From NCBI GenBank assembly GCA_963735595.1, contig CAVTLK010000004.1, positions 512,001-576,000 on the forward strand: 64,000 bases of DNA. The letters run 5' to 3'. Under the pieces are notes generated by a model. The model saw only the letters and a list, made by a program, of their open reading frames with translations, did not search any database and was not told the origin of the DNA. Position numbers and translations under genes: made by a program. This document shows, piece by piece, positions 19,756 through 29,044 of the stretch (positions within the stretch are counted from its first letter, which is position 1; every line of letters begins with the position of its first letter). Source of the stretch: an uncultured delta proteobacterium (GTDB taxonomy: Bacteria > Desulfobacterota > Zymogenia > Zymogenales > Zymogenaceae).

Positions 19756-20919
19756 ATGAGAATCCTTCATCTGTTGGCCGACTGGAAATGGACCGGGCCG
19801 TCCGAGCCGGTTCTCATCCTGGCCGATGCCCTTGCGAAACGGGGACACGAGGTGCTCTTTGCGGTTCAGAAGCCGCCCGAAGACGCCGGACAGGCCAACA
19901 CCATCGTTACGTTCGCCCGCCCGCGCGGAGTGCGGATCGATACCTCCCTTGACTGGGACCGACGCACCAAACCGGATAATCTCTTCGGCATACCCGGAAT
20001 CATCCGTGACGCGCGCAGGCTTGCCCGGATCATAGAAGAGTTCCGCGCCGACGTCATCAATGCCCATTCCGACCACGACCACATAACAGCGGCGCTGGCC
20101 CTGCGCTCCGTCAAGGCCCGGCCGATCCTCGTCAGGACCGACCATAAACGGGATTCGTTTCCGGCCGGTATCGCGACGCGTTTCCTTTTGTCTCGCGGGA
20201 CCGACGGGATCATCACGTTTTCGTCCGGGGCCGCATGGCGCATAATCGAAACCTTCTCGTTTCCGAAAGGCAGGCTCCTGGTGGCCGATCCGGCCCTCGA
20301 CCTTGCGCGCTGGCAACCTGGCCCGCCGGTAAAAAATATGCGGGCAACCTTCGGGATCGAGCCTGACGCATTTGTCATCGGCATGGTGGCACGCTTTCAG
20401 GCCTATAGAAAGACCGACCGGGTCATCGCGGCGTTTGCCCGACTGACGAAAAAACATCCGGAGGCCCGGTTGCTCCTGTTGGGACGAAGCTCCCAGATGG
20501 AACAGAGCGTACGGCGTCCCGCCCGGCGGCTCGGCGTGGCCGACCGGGTCATTACCCCGGGCTACGTCCGCGAGGACTACCGGGACGCGCTCGCGTCAAT
20601 GGACGCGTTCGTATTCATGATGCCGGGATCGGACGGTACGGCCCGAGCATTGAGGGAGGCAATGGCGCTGGGGCTGCCGGTCGTGGCGGCCCGTATCGGG
20701 ATGCTCCCGGAAATCGTGGAAGACATGGCCTCGGGGCTTGTCGTTGAGCCGACCGAAGACGGTATTGCGGCGGCCCTCGAACTGCTCTGCAGCGATGCCG
20801 GATTACGCAGGAGGCTTGGGGAAGGCGCGCGGCACGCCGCGCAACGGTTTGACCTGGCGCGTCACGCACAGAACGTCGATGATTTCTACGGGGCGCTCAT
20901 AAAGGCCGGCAAGAGATGA
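19756..20919 (+). CDS. Glycosyltransferase family 4
   Basis: GT-B fold; EAMALGLPVVA...G.LPEIV. Confidence 0.85.
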   Translation: MRILHLLADWKWTGPSEPVLILADALAKRGHEVLFAVQKPPEDAGQANTIVTFARPRGVRIDTSLDWDRRTKPDNLFGIPGIIRDARRLARIIEEFRADVINAHSDHDHITAALALRSVKARPILVRTDHKRDSFPAGIATRFLLSRGTDGIITFSSGAAWRIIETFSFPKGRLLVADPALDLARWQPGPPVKNMRATFGIEPDAFVIGMVARFQAYRKTDRVIAAFARLTKKHPEARLLLLGRSSQMEQSVRRPARRLGVADRVITPGYVREDYRDALASMDAFVFMMPGSDGTARALREAMALGLPVVAARIGMLPEIVEDMASGLVVEPTEDGIAAALELLCSDAGLRRRLGEGARHAAQRFDLARHAQNVDDFYGALIKAGKR

Positions 20920-22145
20920 TTCCCTTTATACGACGAGGATGGGCCGGGCCGGCCGCCTTCTTTCTCCCGCTCTTCCTGGCGGTAGCAGCGGCGTCCGGCG
21001 CGCAGATCACTGTCGGTCCCCTGCTGGAGCTGCCGGGCGCCGATACGATGACCGTCGTGTGGGAGACGGACTCCGCGTGCGCCAGTTCGGTGATCGTGCG
21101 CGATCCTTTGGGGACAGACCGGGAGGTAGCCTCTCCTGAAAGGGGCACGCGCCACGCCGCGACGATCGCGGGGCTGGCGCCCGACACGCGGTACGAGTAT
21201 GCGGTCCGCGTGGACGGAGAACCTATTTACCGCTCGCGCTTTCGCACGCTGCCGGAACGGGGGCCGTACCGCGTGGTGTTCCTCGGCGATACGCGGGAAA
21301 ACAGGGGCGTTTTACAGGACCTCTTCTCCCGGATCGACGCCTATCATCCGCGGCTGATCGTTTTGCTGGGCGATCACGCGACCCGGGCGGACCGGACAGA
21401 CAATTGGGAAGAGGAACTGTTTGATCCCGGGAGGGATCTCTTCGACCATATCCCGGTCATTGCCATAACCGGAAACCATGAATTTACTGACGACCCCGAA
21501 AGGACGGTGTTTCGACGGTTCTTCCCCCTGCCCCCCGGCGCACCGCCGGATGCCATGATATATGACCTGAGACTATGCGGGGATCTCTATGTATTACTCG
21601 ATTTCTATAACAGCAATCCGGTGCTACCGATCACCAACGGAATATGGCTCTACCGATTCCTGAGGGATGCATCGGAGAGGAAGGATCACGGGAACATTTT
21701 CATTATCACCCACGAAGGGGTAATCAGCCATTGGAGACTCCGCAGGGGCGATGTTGGTTTGAAACCGCTGCTCAGGATCATGGGTAAATACGGGGTCACG
21801 GCCATGATTTCGGGACACGATCACTACTACGCCCGCGGCACTACCTATTCCGGGGTACCATTTTTCATTACCGGCGGCGGGGGTTCGGCTCTCCGCACCG
21901 TTAACCGATACAATTTCTATGCCGTTCTCACGGGCAGGACCGACTTCGTAGAATCCGCCTATCATTTCCTGGTCATGGATGTTGACGGCCGGGGATGCAC
22001 GTTCAGGGCGGTGTCGCCCAACGGGACGGAATTCGATCGGGTTGTCATAAAAAAGAAAGACGGGTCCGCGGGCCGGCACCGGCTTTTTATACACATCCCT
22101 GGTTTAGGCGAAAGCTCGGAGAAGATGGAAGATGAGAGACATTAG
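20916..22145 (+). CDS. Metallophosphoesterase with N-terminal fn3-like (purple acid phosphatase-like) domain, signal peptide
   Basis: LGD, LGDH, GNHE, GHDH, GGGG motifs. Confidence 0.82.
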   Translation: MIPFIRRGWAGPAAFFLPLFLAVAAASGAQITVGPLLELPGADTMTVVWETDSACASSVIVRDPLGTDREVASPERGTRHAATIAGLAPDTRYEYAVRVDGEPIYRSRFRTLPERGPYRVVFLGDTRENRGVLQDLFSRIDAYHPRLIVLLGDHATRADRTDNWEEELFDPGRDLFDHIPVIAITGNHEFTDDPERTVFRRFFPLPPGAPPDAMIYDLRLCGDLYVLLDFYNSNPVLPITNGIWLYRFLRDASERKDHGNIFIITHEGVISHWRLRRGDVGLKPLLRIMGKYGVTAMISGHDHYYARGTTYSGVPFFITGGGGSALRTVNRYNFYAVLTGRTDFVESAYHFLVMDVDGRGCTFRAVSPNGTEFDRVVIKKKDGSAGRHRLFIHIPGLGESSEKMEDERH

Positions 22146-23235
22146 GAAAGATATAGGGCTTGCTGTCGGCCCCGTTCTCCAATACTCCGGCGGCGATACG
22201 TTGACGGTCGTCTGGGAAACACCGGGGGAGGTCGCCGGCGAGGTCGTCTACGGGCCATCCGGAACGTCCTCCGGAACCACACGGGACCGCGTGGTTGATC
22301 GGTGCCCGGTTACTCTGCACCGTAACATTATAACGGGTCTCGTTGCGTCGACTGCCTATGACTATTCGTTGGTCGTCAAGGGGAAGGCCCTGTTTCACGG
22401 CTCGTTCAAGACGCCGCCGGCGCGCGGGCCGTACCGGGTCGTCATGTTCGGCGATCCCCATGTCCCGGCCGACGGCTTCCGGATCCTGGCGCCGCGGATA
22501 GCGGCCGAGAACCCGGATCTTATCGTGTGCCTGGGCGATATTGTCTCCGGGCCCCACCATCAGCAGAGGTGGCCGAACTTTTTTGAAATGGGCGGGGGTC
22601 TTTTCGCCCGCATCCCGTTTACCACGGCCGTCGGCAATCACGATGTCCAGGGTGGAACCGTCCTGTACGACCGCTACATCGGGAGGCCGGAGAGGACGCC
22701 GGAAGGTTACTACTACTCCGCGTTTGAGATGGGGTCTGACTATTTTCTCATCCTCGATTCGCGAAACGACCACCTCTTCTTTCATCACGGGTTCTGGCTC
22801 ATCAGAAAGCTCAGGGAGCTGAAGCGCCGCACGGACGTCCGGTATATCTTTGTCTTCAGCCACCTTGGGCCGGTCAGCTATAAAGGGATCCGCCGCGGCT
22901 TTATCGGCCTGAAGCCGCTCCTGCCGCTGATGGTCAGGGCCGGGGTATCGGCGTTATTTTCCGGCCACGACCATCATTACGTGCGCGGGAAGATACACCG
23001 GGGGTTTCCCTTCTTCGTCTCCGGCGGCGGGGGCGGGAAGTTACAGCCGGTCAGTCGATACAGCCCGTACGGCTGGTTCGCGGGGAAGAAGGAGGTCCAG
23101 GCAGAGGCAAACCACTATCTGGTAATGGACGTTGGCGACGGCCGGTGCACCGTTCGGGCGGTCGACGACCGCGGTGCGGCCTTCGATGAAGCGGTGCTGT
23201 CGCCGAGGGCCGGGCGCGCGGCGCCCGAGGATTAG
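22132..23235 (+). CDS. Second metallophosphoesterase (tandem paralogue)
   Basis: GDPH, LGDI, GNHD, GHDHHY, SGGGG. Confidence 0.82.
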   Translation: MRDIRKDIGLAVGPVLQYSGGDTLTVVWETPGEVAGEVVYGPSGTSSGTTRDRVVDRCPVTLHRNIITGLVASTAYDYSLVVKGKALFHGSFKTPPARGPYRVVMFGDPHVPADGFRILAPRIAAENPDLIVCLGDIVSGPHHQQRWPNFFEMGGGLFARIPFTTAVGNHDVQGGTVLYDRYIGRPERTPEGYYYSAFEMGSDYFLILDSRNDHLFFHHGFWLIRKLRELKRRTDVRYIFVFSHLGPVSYKGIRRGFIGLKPLLPLMVRAGVSALFSGHDHHYVRGKIHRGFPFFVSGGGGGKLQPVSRYSPYGWFAGKKEVQAEANHYLVMDVGDGRCTVRAVDDRGAAFDEAVLSPRAGRAAPED

Positions 23236-23245
23236 GAAGACGCCA

Positions 23246-24889
23246 ATGGCAGAGGGGAAACCGACGTATCGCACGGGGAAGGCGGGCGGGATGGTCTGGA
23301 CGTACCGCTCGGGATGCGAGGACCTGATCGCTGCGGATTTTGCCCGGGAGATGCATGCCGGTGCACGCGAGAACATGGTGCGCATCCGGGGTCTGCTCGA
23401 CAGGGGCATGAACCGCTATTTCGTGAAAATCTTCAAACACGTCGGTATCGGGCGCTCCCTCAAGTCGCTGCTGCTGGGCCATGTCGCGAAAAAGGAATTC
23501 CGCGCCTCAGATTACCTTGTCTCGTGCGGGATTCGGACGCCGGAGGCCCTCGCCGTGGGGCTATCGCGCAGGGAACCCGATCACGCGGTTATCGTCTTTC
23601 GCGAGATTCCAGGCGCCGTCCCCGTGAAGGATATCTTTATGAAGGCGAAACCGGGCCGGCGGGAAAAGTACCTTGACCTGATTGCGGGGACGACCGCGGC
23701 CCTGCACCGGGCCTCTTTCTATCACCGTGACTATCACGGGGGAAACCTCCTGACGGCGATGGACGAAGCGGGGAAGGCGGTCCTCTGGGTCGTCGATCTG
23801 CATCGCTCGTCATTCCCGTGCGAAATGTCCGGCCGGCGGGGGCCTAAAAATATCGCCGATATCATACATTCGCTGCTGCCTGCCGTCGGTCGAGACGATA
23901 TCCCGCGTTTCTTATCTCACTATCGAAAGGAATATCCGGCGGCGCGCTGGGACGCGGCGGACGCCCAACGCTCCATCGAAAGACGTCTCAAAAAGATCGA
24001 GACGCGCCGGCTCCGGAGCCGTACAAAACGGTGCTTTGTCAACTCGAGCGGCTTTTTTGCTACGAACGACCCGGGCGAGGCCGTCTACGCGCGGCGGGAG
24101 ATGTCGCCGGAAGAAATCGACCGGGTCATCGGCCGGTTCACCCGGGGCGAATACCGGCTCATCAAAAAAGATACGAAGGCGACCATCGGCCTGGTCAGGG
24201 AGGAGCGGGGAGAGCTTTGCGTCAAGGCCTACGAGCACCTTGGTTTTTCCGGCCTGATCAAGACGCTGATGGGCATCAGCCGCGGTCACAGCTCATGGAG
24301 GGCGGCCCATGGCCTGTCGCTCAGGGGTTTTGACGCACCCCGGGGCTTCTGCCTGGTAATAAAACGGCGCCTTTTCATCCCGCGGTCGGCATACCTTGTT
24401 ACGGAATCTATTGCGCCCCGTCTCGAGATGGCCCGGTTTATCCTCAGAAATCTGAAAGGCGCGCCGCCGGACGAGGCCGCCCGTTTCGTGACGGACTTCG
24501 GCTTGGTTATCGGCTCACTGCATCGGGCGGGTATTTACCACCGGGACCTGAAGACCTCCAATATCGCCGTCGGAAGGCAGGGCACGGGTTTTTCCATCTC
24601 TTTCCTTGATCTGGACGCGGTTTCGTTCGGCGGTCATGTTTCGACGACGCGCAGGGCTAAGAACCTGGCCCAGATATTCCTCTCTACCCCGCGGATGATC
24701 GGCGCCGAACAACGTACGCTATTCTTTGAGGCGTATACCGCCGCCTCGGGGAAGCCGGAGGATTCACGGAAGATCGCACGCCTCGTCGGCAATCTCGTGA
24801 AGGGCAGGGGCATCCGTTACGTGTCCGATACCGGAGACGTGATCGAGGACGCCCGCGCCCTCTATACGCAATTGTGGGGGGACGATTAG
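23246..24889 (+). CDS. Tandem double LPS kinase (WaaP/Kdo/InaA family)
   Basis: Two kinase modules: HRDYHGGN..VDL and HRDLKTSN..LDLD. Confidence 0.82.
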   Translation: MAEGKPTYRTGKAGGMVWTYRSGCEDLIAADFAREMHAGARENMVRIRGLLDRGMNRYFVKIFKHVGIGRSLKSLLLGHVAKKEFRASDYLVSCGIRTPEALAVGLSRREPDHAVIVFREIPGAVPVKDIFMKAKPGRREKYLDLIAGTTAALHRASFYHRDYHGGNLLTAMDEAGKAVLWVVDLHRSSFPCEMSGRRGPKNIADIIHSLLPAVGRDDIPRFLSHYRKEYPAARWDAADAQRSIERRLKKIETRRLRSRTKRCFVNSSGFFATNDPGEAVYARREMSPEEIDRVIGRFTRGEYRLIKKDTKATIGLVREERGELCVKAYEHLGFSGLIKTLMGISRGHSSWRAAHGLSLRGFDAPRGFCLVIKRRLFIPRSAYLVTESIAPRLEMARFILRNLKGAPPDEAARFVTDFGLVIGSLHRAGIYHRDLKTSNIAVGRQGTGFSISFLDLDAVSFGGHVSTTRRAKNLAQIFLSTPRMIGAEQRTLFFEAYTAASGKPEDSRKIARLVGNLVKGRGIRYVSDTGDVIEDARALYTQLWGDD

Positions 24890-24894
24890 GGGCG

Positions 24895-26820
24895 ATGTGC
24901 GGAATTGTGGGAATCGTTCGATTTGACGGCCGCCCCATTGACCCGGGGCGTCTTGAGGCCATGCGCGACACCATGATCCACCGGGGTCCGGACGACCGGG
25001 GGATCTACCTCTCCCGTGACGGGGAGACGCCGACGGTAGGCCTCGGCCACCGGCGCCTTTCCATCATCGACCTTTCGACCGCCGGGCGCCAGCCCATGGC
25101 CACCGAGGACGGCCGCCTCGTCATTGTCCATAACGGCGAGATATACAACTTCCGTCAGCTGCGCGGCCAGCTCGAATCGCTCGGACATACCTTCTTTTCC
25201 CAGACAGATACTGAGGTCATCCTCCGGGGCTACCGGCAGTGGGGAGAAGACGTCGTCCACCGGCTGGTGGGGATGTTCGCGTTTGCCGTGTGGGATGCGC
25301 GGGAGCGCCGCCTCTTCGCCGCCCGCGATCCGTTCGGGATCAAGCCGCTGGTCTATTATCATGACGACGCGGCGCTTATCTTTGCCTCGGAGATCAAGGC
25401 GATTACCGCGTCCGATATGGCGCGCCTTTCGGTCGATCCCGAGGCGCTCTCCGAGTACGTCTGTCTCAACTATATTCCGGCCCCCCGGAGCGTGTATCGC
25501 GAGATACAAAAGCTTCCCCCCGGCCATACCCTTACCGTCGATTCCGGCACGATCAGGATACATCGCTATTACGATTTGGCGGCCCGCGTCAGCGGGGCCG
25601 AGCCGCTCACGTACCGGCAGGCGCGCCGCGAGCTCAGACAGCGCCTCACCGCCTCGGTGGAAGGGCAGCTCGTTGCCGACGTGCCCCTGGCGGCTTTCTT
25701 GAGCGGCGGACTGGATTCCTCCATTATCACCGGAATCGTGAATTCCCTCGGGGAACCGGTCAAAACCTTCACCATAGGGTTTGGCAAGGACGGGCTCTTT
25801 GATGAGACCGATTACGCCAGGGACGTGATTGAAATGAATAAGAACGTCCGGGGGACTATCCTGGACCTGACGAGTGACGACCTGTTTGACCTGATACCGA
25901 CCGTTATGGACGGCCTGGACGAGCCGTTCGCCGATTTTTCCGTCGTGCCGACCTATCTCGTCACCAAGAAGGCACGCCGGGAGGTTACGGTGGCGCTGTC
26001 GGGTGACGGCGCCGACGAGGTCTTCGGCGGATACCGGAAGTATCTCGGCGAACAGTTTTATCGCTGGTGGCGCCTGATACCGGCTCCCGTGCGGCACGGG
26101 GTCATCGGCCCGATGGTCGCCCGTCTCCCGCAGTCGCGGGGCACCCGGTTGGGCGAAGCGGCTCGCAAGGTTAAAAGGTTTATCGACGGCCAGGCGCTCG
26201 ACCCCGCCGGACGGCACTTTCGGTGGCTCTCGGTCCTCACGTCGGATACCGCCGGCCGGATACTGACGGGTGATTTTATGCGTCAGTTTCGAGACGCGGC
26301 ATCCGCCCGCTCAATTGTCGAGGAGCTTTTTTCGTCGTTTCCCGGCGACGTAAAAAACAGGATGTTCTATACGGACGTCAGCCTGGTGCTCCCCGACGAT
26401 ATGCTGGCAAAGGTGGATGCCATGAGCATGAAAAACTCCCTCGAGGTAAGGGTTCCCTTCCTCGATCCGTCGGTTCTGGAGCTCGCCTTTGCACTGCCCG
26501 GTGAGTTCAAGCTTTCGGGTATACGGAGAAAGCGAATCCTGCAGGATGCCTTTAGCGATATACTGCCGAGACGGATCATCAATCGACCCAAACAGGGATT
26601 TGAGATGCCTATCGGCGAATGGTTCAAGGGACGGCTTGCCCCCCTCTTCTTTGACGTCGTTACCAAGGACGCGGCCGACAGGCTCGGGGTTTTTCGGTAT
26701 GACGGGATCAAAGAAATCTATCGAATGCACCGGGACAACCGGCGGGATTATACCTTTTTGTTGTGGAATATCTTCGCCCTCGTATGGTGGGACACAAGGA
26801 GGCGCGCGGAAAGGTCGTGA
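24895..26820 (+). CDS. asnB: Asparagine synthase (glutamine-hydrolysing) family amidotransferase
   Basis: MCGI start, HRGPD, RRLSIID, NGEIYN, LSGGLDSS, SGDGADE, EVRVPFLD. Confidence 0.92.
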   Translation: MCGIVGIVRFDGRPIDPGRLEAMRDTMIHRGPDDRGIYLSRDGETPTVGLGHRRLSIIDLSTAGRQPMATEDGRLVIVHNGEIYNFRQLRGQLESLGHTFFSQTDTEVILRGYRQWGEDVVHRLVGMFAFAVWDARERRLFAARDPFGIKPLVYYHDDAALIFASEIKAITASDMARLSVDPEALSEYVCLNYIPAPRSVYREIQKLPPGHTLTVDSGTIRIHRYYDLAARVSGAEPLTYRQARRELRQRLTASVEGQLVADVPLAAFLSGGLDSSIITGIVNSLGEPVKTFTIGFGKDGLFDETDYARDVIEMNKNVRGTILDLTSDDLFDLIPTVMDGLDEPFADFSVVPTYLVTKKARREVTVALSGDGADEVFGGYRKYLGEQFYRWWRLIPAPVRHGVIGPMVARLPQSRGTRLGEAARKVKRFIDGQALDPAGRHFRWLSVLTSDTAGRILTGDFMRQFRDAASARSIVEELFSSFPGDVKNRMFYTDVSLVLPDDMLAKVDAMSMKNSLEVRVPFLDPSVLELAFALPGEFKLSGIRRKRILQDAFSDILPRRIINRPKQGFEMPIGEWFKGRLAPLFFDVVTKDAADRLGVFRYDGIKEIYRMHRDNRRDYTFLLWNIFALVWWDTRRRAERS

Positions 26821-28028
26821 CCAGAATCAAGGTTATGCGCATCATTACCCGGCTCAACGTCGGCGGGCCGTCGATTCACGCGGTGCTGTTAGCCAAGGGA
26901 CTTGATACACGCGTGTTTGAGTCTATCCTGGTTACGGGCCAGCTCAGCAAGGGGGAGGGGAGCATGGGGTACCTTGCCGAGGAAGCCGGGATCAACCCGA
27001 TTGTCGTGCCCACCCTCGGACGGGAGATCAACGTCATCGATGATATCATCTCATTCGTGCAGATCGTCCGGCTCATTGCCTCGTATCGGCCGGATATCAT
27101 CCATACACATCTGGCCAAGGCGGGAACCCTCGGGAGGATCGGCGGGGCCTTCGCGAAGTTTATCTTGATTTTCTGTAATAAGAAGATTAAGATATTCCAC
27201 ACTTATCACGGGCACTATTTTTACGGCTATTTTGGACCGGTCAAAACCAGGGTATTCATATATATTGAGCGGACGCTCGCCCTCTTTTGCAGAAACATAG
27301 TTATTATCAGCCGGCTCCTGAAGGATGATATTGTCAAGACCTACCGAATTGTCCCGGAACGCAAGGCCCTCGTCATCCCACTCGGTTTCAATTTCGACAA
27401 GCTCGCCACCGGCAGGGAAAATGGGGAGAGATTCAGGCGGGAGATCGGTGCGCGTACCAACGAAAAAACCGTGGGTATAGTGGGAAGGCTCACGACGATA
27501 AAGAACCACGATTTGTTTCTTGAGACAGCCGCCCGCTTCATCGCGGACGATACGATGCCGAGCGTGCGTTTCGCAGTAATAGGGGACGGGGAATTGCGGC
27601 AAAGACTGGAACGAAAGGCCGAGAAGCTCGGGATTGCACAGAGGGTCGCTTTTACGGGGTGGCGGCGGGATATGGGCGACGTGTATGCGGGACTTGACGT
27701 GCTGATGCTCACGTCAATCAACGAAGGGACGCCGGTAACGATCATCGAGGCAATGGCCCTTGGAATCCCCGTCGTCGCCACCGCGGTCGGTGGGGTCCCG
27801 GATCTCTTCGGCGCCGGTGTGGGCGGATCCACTACGGTCCGTCAGAGGGGTGTCATGGTTGCCTCCGGCGACGACGCAGGGCTTGCCGAAGGGCTGAAGC
27901 TCGTCCTGACCGATGAGACTACCACGGCGGCTGTCGTAAAACGGGCACAGGAGTATGTGCGGCGTGAATACGACGCAAAGAGGCTCATAAAGGATATCGA
28001 GTCTCTATACCTTGATGCACTGACTTGA
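26817..28028 (+). CDS. Glycosyltransferase family 4
   Basis: IITRLNVGG, HTH.AKAG, TS.NEGTP..IIEAM; GTG start overlapping asnB stop. Confidence 0.88.
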   Translation: MTRIKVMRIITRLNVGGPSIHAVLLAKGLDTRVFESILVTGQLSKGEGSMGYLAEEAGINPIVVPTLGREINVIDDIISFVQIVRLIASYRPDIIHTHLAKAGTLGRIGGAFAKFILIFCNKKIKIFHTYHGHYFYGYFGPVKTRVFIYIERTLALFCRNIVIISRLLKDDIVKTYRIVPERKALVIPLGFNFDKLATGRENGERFRREIGARTNEKTVGIVGRLTTIKNHDLFLETAARFIADDTMPSVRFAVIGDGELRQRLERKAEKLGIAQRVAFTGWRRDMGDVYAGLDVLMLTSINEGTPVTIIEAMALGIPVVATAVGGVPDLFGAGVGGSTTVRQRGVMVASGDDAGLAEGLKLVLTDETTTAAVVKRAQEYVRREYDAKRLIKDIESLYLDALT

Positions 28029-28069
28029 TGCACTGGCGTATCGTAGTGGCTTAGCGTGCTGGTGAAAAA

Positions 28070-29044
28070 ATGAATGTACTCATAACGGGTGGCGCCGGTT
28101 TCATCGGCTCTCATCTGGCCGAAAGGCTCATTTCCCGGGGAGACGATGTGTATATCATCGACAATCTTTCGACCGGGAGCCTGAAAAACATCGAAGCGAT
28201 CAAGAAGCACGGGGCATGTCACGCGGTCATAGACTCCGTCCTCAATGAGGGGACGCTCAACGAACTTGCCGGAAGATGCGACTGCATATACCATCTGGCG
28301 GCCGCGGTTGGCGTCAAGCTCATCATGGAAAACCCGGTAGAAACCTTGGAGACTAACGTCCTGGGGACCGAGGCGGTGCTGCGGACGGCCAACCTCCATA
28401 AGAGAAAGGTTCTCGTTGCCTCCACCTCGGAGGTTTATGGCAAAGCGATGGATATCCAGGGAGAGGGGGGGATGCTCATGGAGGAAAACGACCTCCTCCT
28501 CGGGCCGACGTGTAAGCGGCGGTGGGCATACGCCTGCTCCAAGGCCCTTGACGAATTCCTGGCCCTGGCTTACTATGACGAGAAGGGACTTCCCGTGATT
28601 ATCACGCGGCTCTTTAACACGGTCGGCCCCCGGCAGACCGGGCGCTATGGAATGGTGATACCGACCTTCGTCACGTCGGCCCTGCTGGGGAAACCCCTGC
28701 CGGTTTTTGGCACCGGTGAGCAATCCAGAAGCTTTACCCATGTCGATGATGTTGTTTCGGCGATAATCTCCCTCATGGAGTGCCCCGGCGCCGAGGGACA
28801 GATATTCAATATCGGGAACTCTGAGGAGATTACCATTAACGAACTGGCTAAAAAGGTAATCGAGTTTGCCAACAGTAAATCGACCATCGAGCATATCCCA
28901 TACGAACGAGCATACGGCAAGGGTTTCGAAGACATGGAACGGCGATACCCGGATCTTACGAAAATTCAGAAGCTCATCGGATACCGCCCTGAAAAGAGCA
29001 TCGACGATATTATTCGAAGCGTCATCGAGTACTACGAGAAATAG
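28070..29044 (+). CDS. NAD-dependent nucleotide-sugar epimerase/dehydratase
   Basis: TGGAGFIG, STSEVYG, YACSK, RLFNTVGPRQ. Confidence 0.9.
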   Translation: MNVLITGGAGFIGSHLAERLISRGDDVYIIDNLSTGSLKNIEAIKKHGACHAVIDSVLNEGTLNELAGRCDCIYHLAAAVGVKLIMENPVETLETNVLGTEAVLRTANLHKRKVLVASTSEVYGKAMDIQGEGGMLMEENDLLLGPTCKRRWAYACSKALDEFLALAYYDEKGLPVIITRLFNTVGPRQTGRYGMVIPTFVTSALLGKPLPVFGTGEQSRSFTHVDDVVSAIISLMECPGAEGQIFNIGNSEEITINELAKKVIEFANSKSTIEHIPYERAYGKGFEDMERRYPDLTKIQKLIGYRPEKSIDDIIRSVIEYYEK

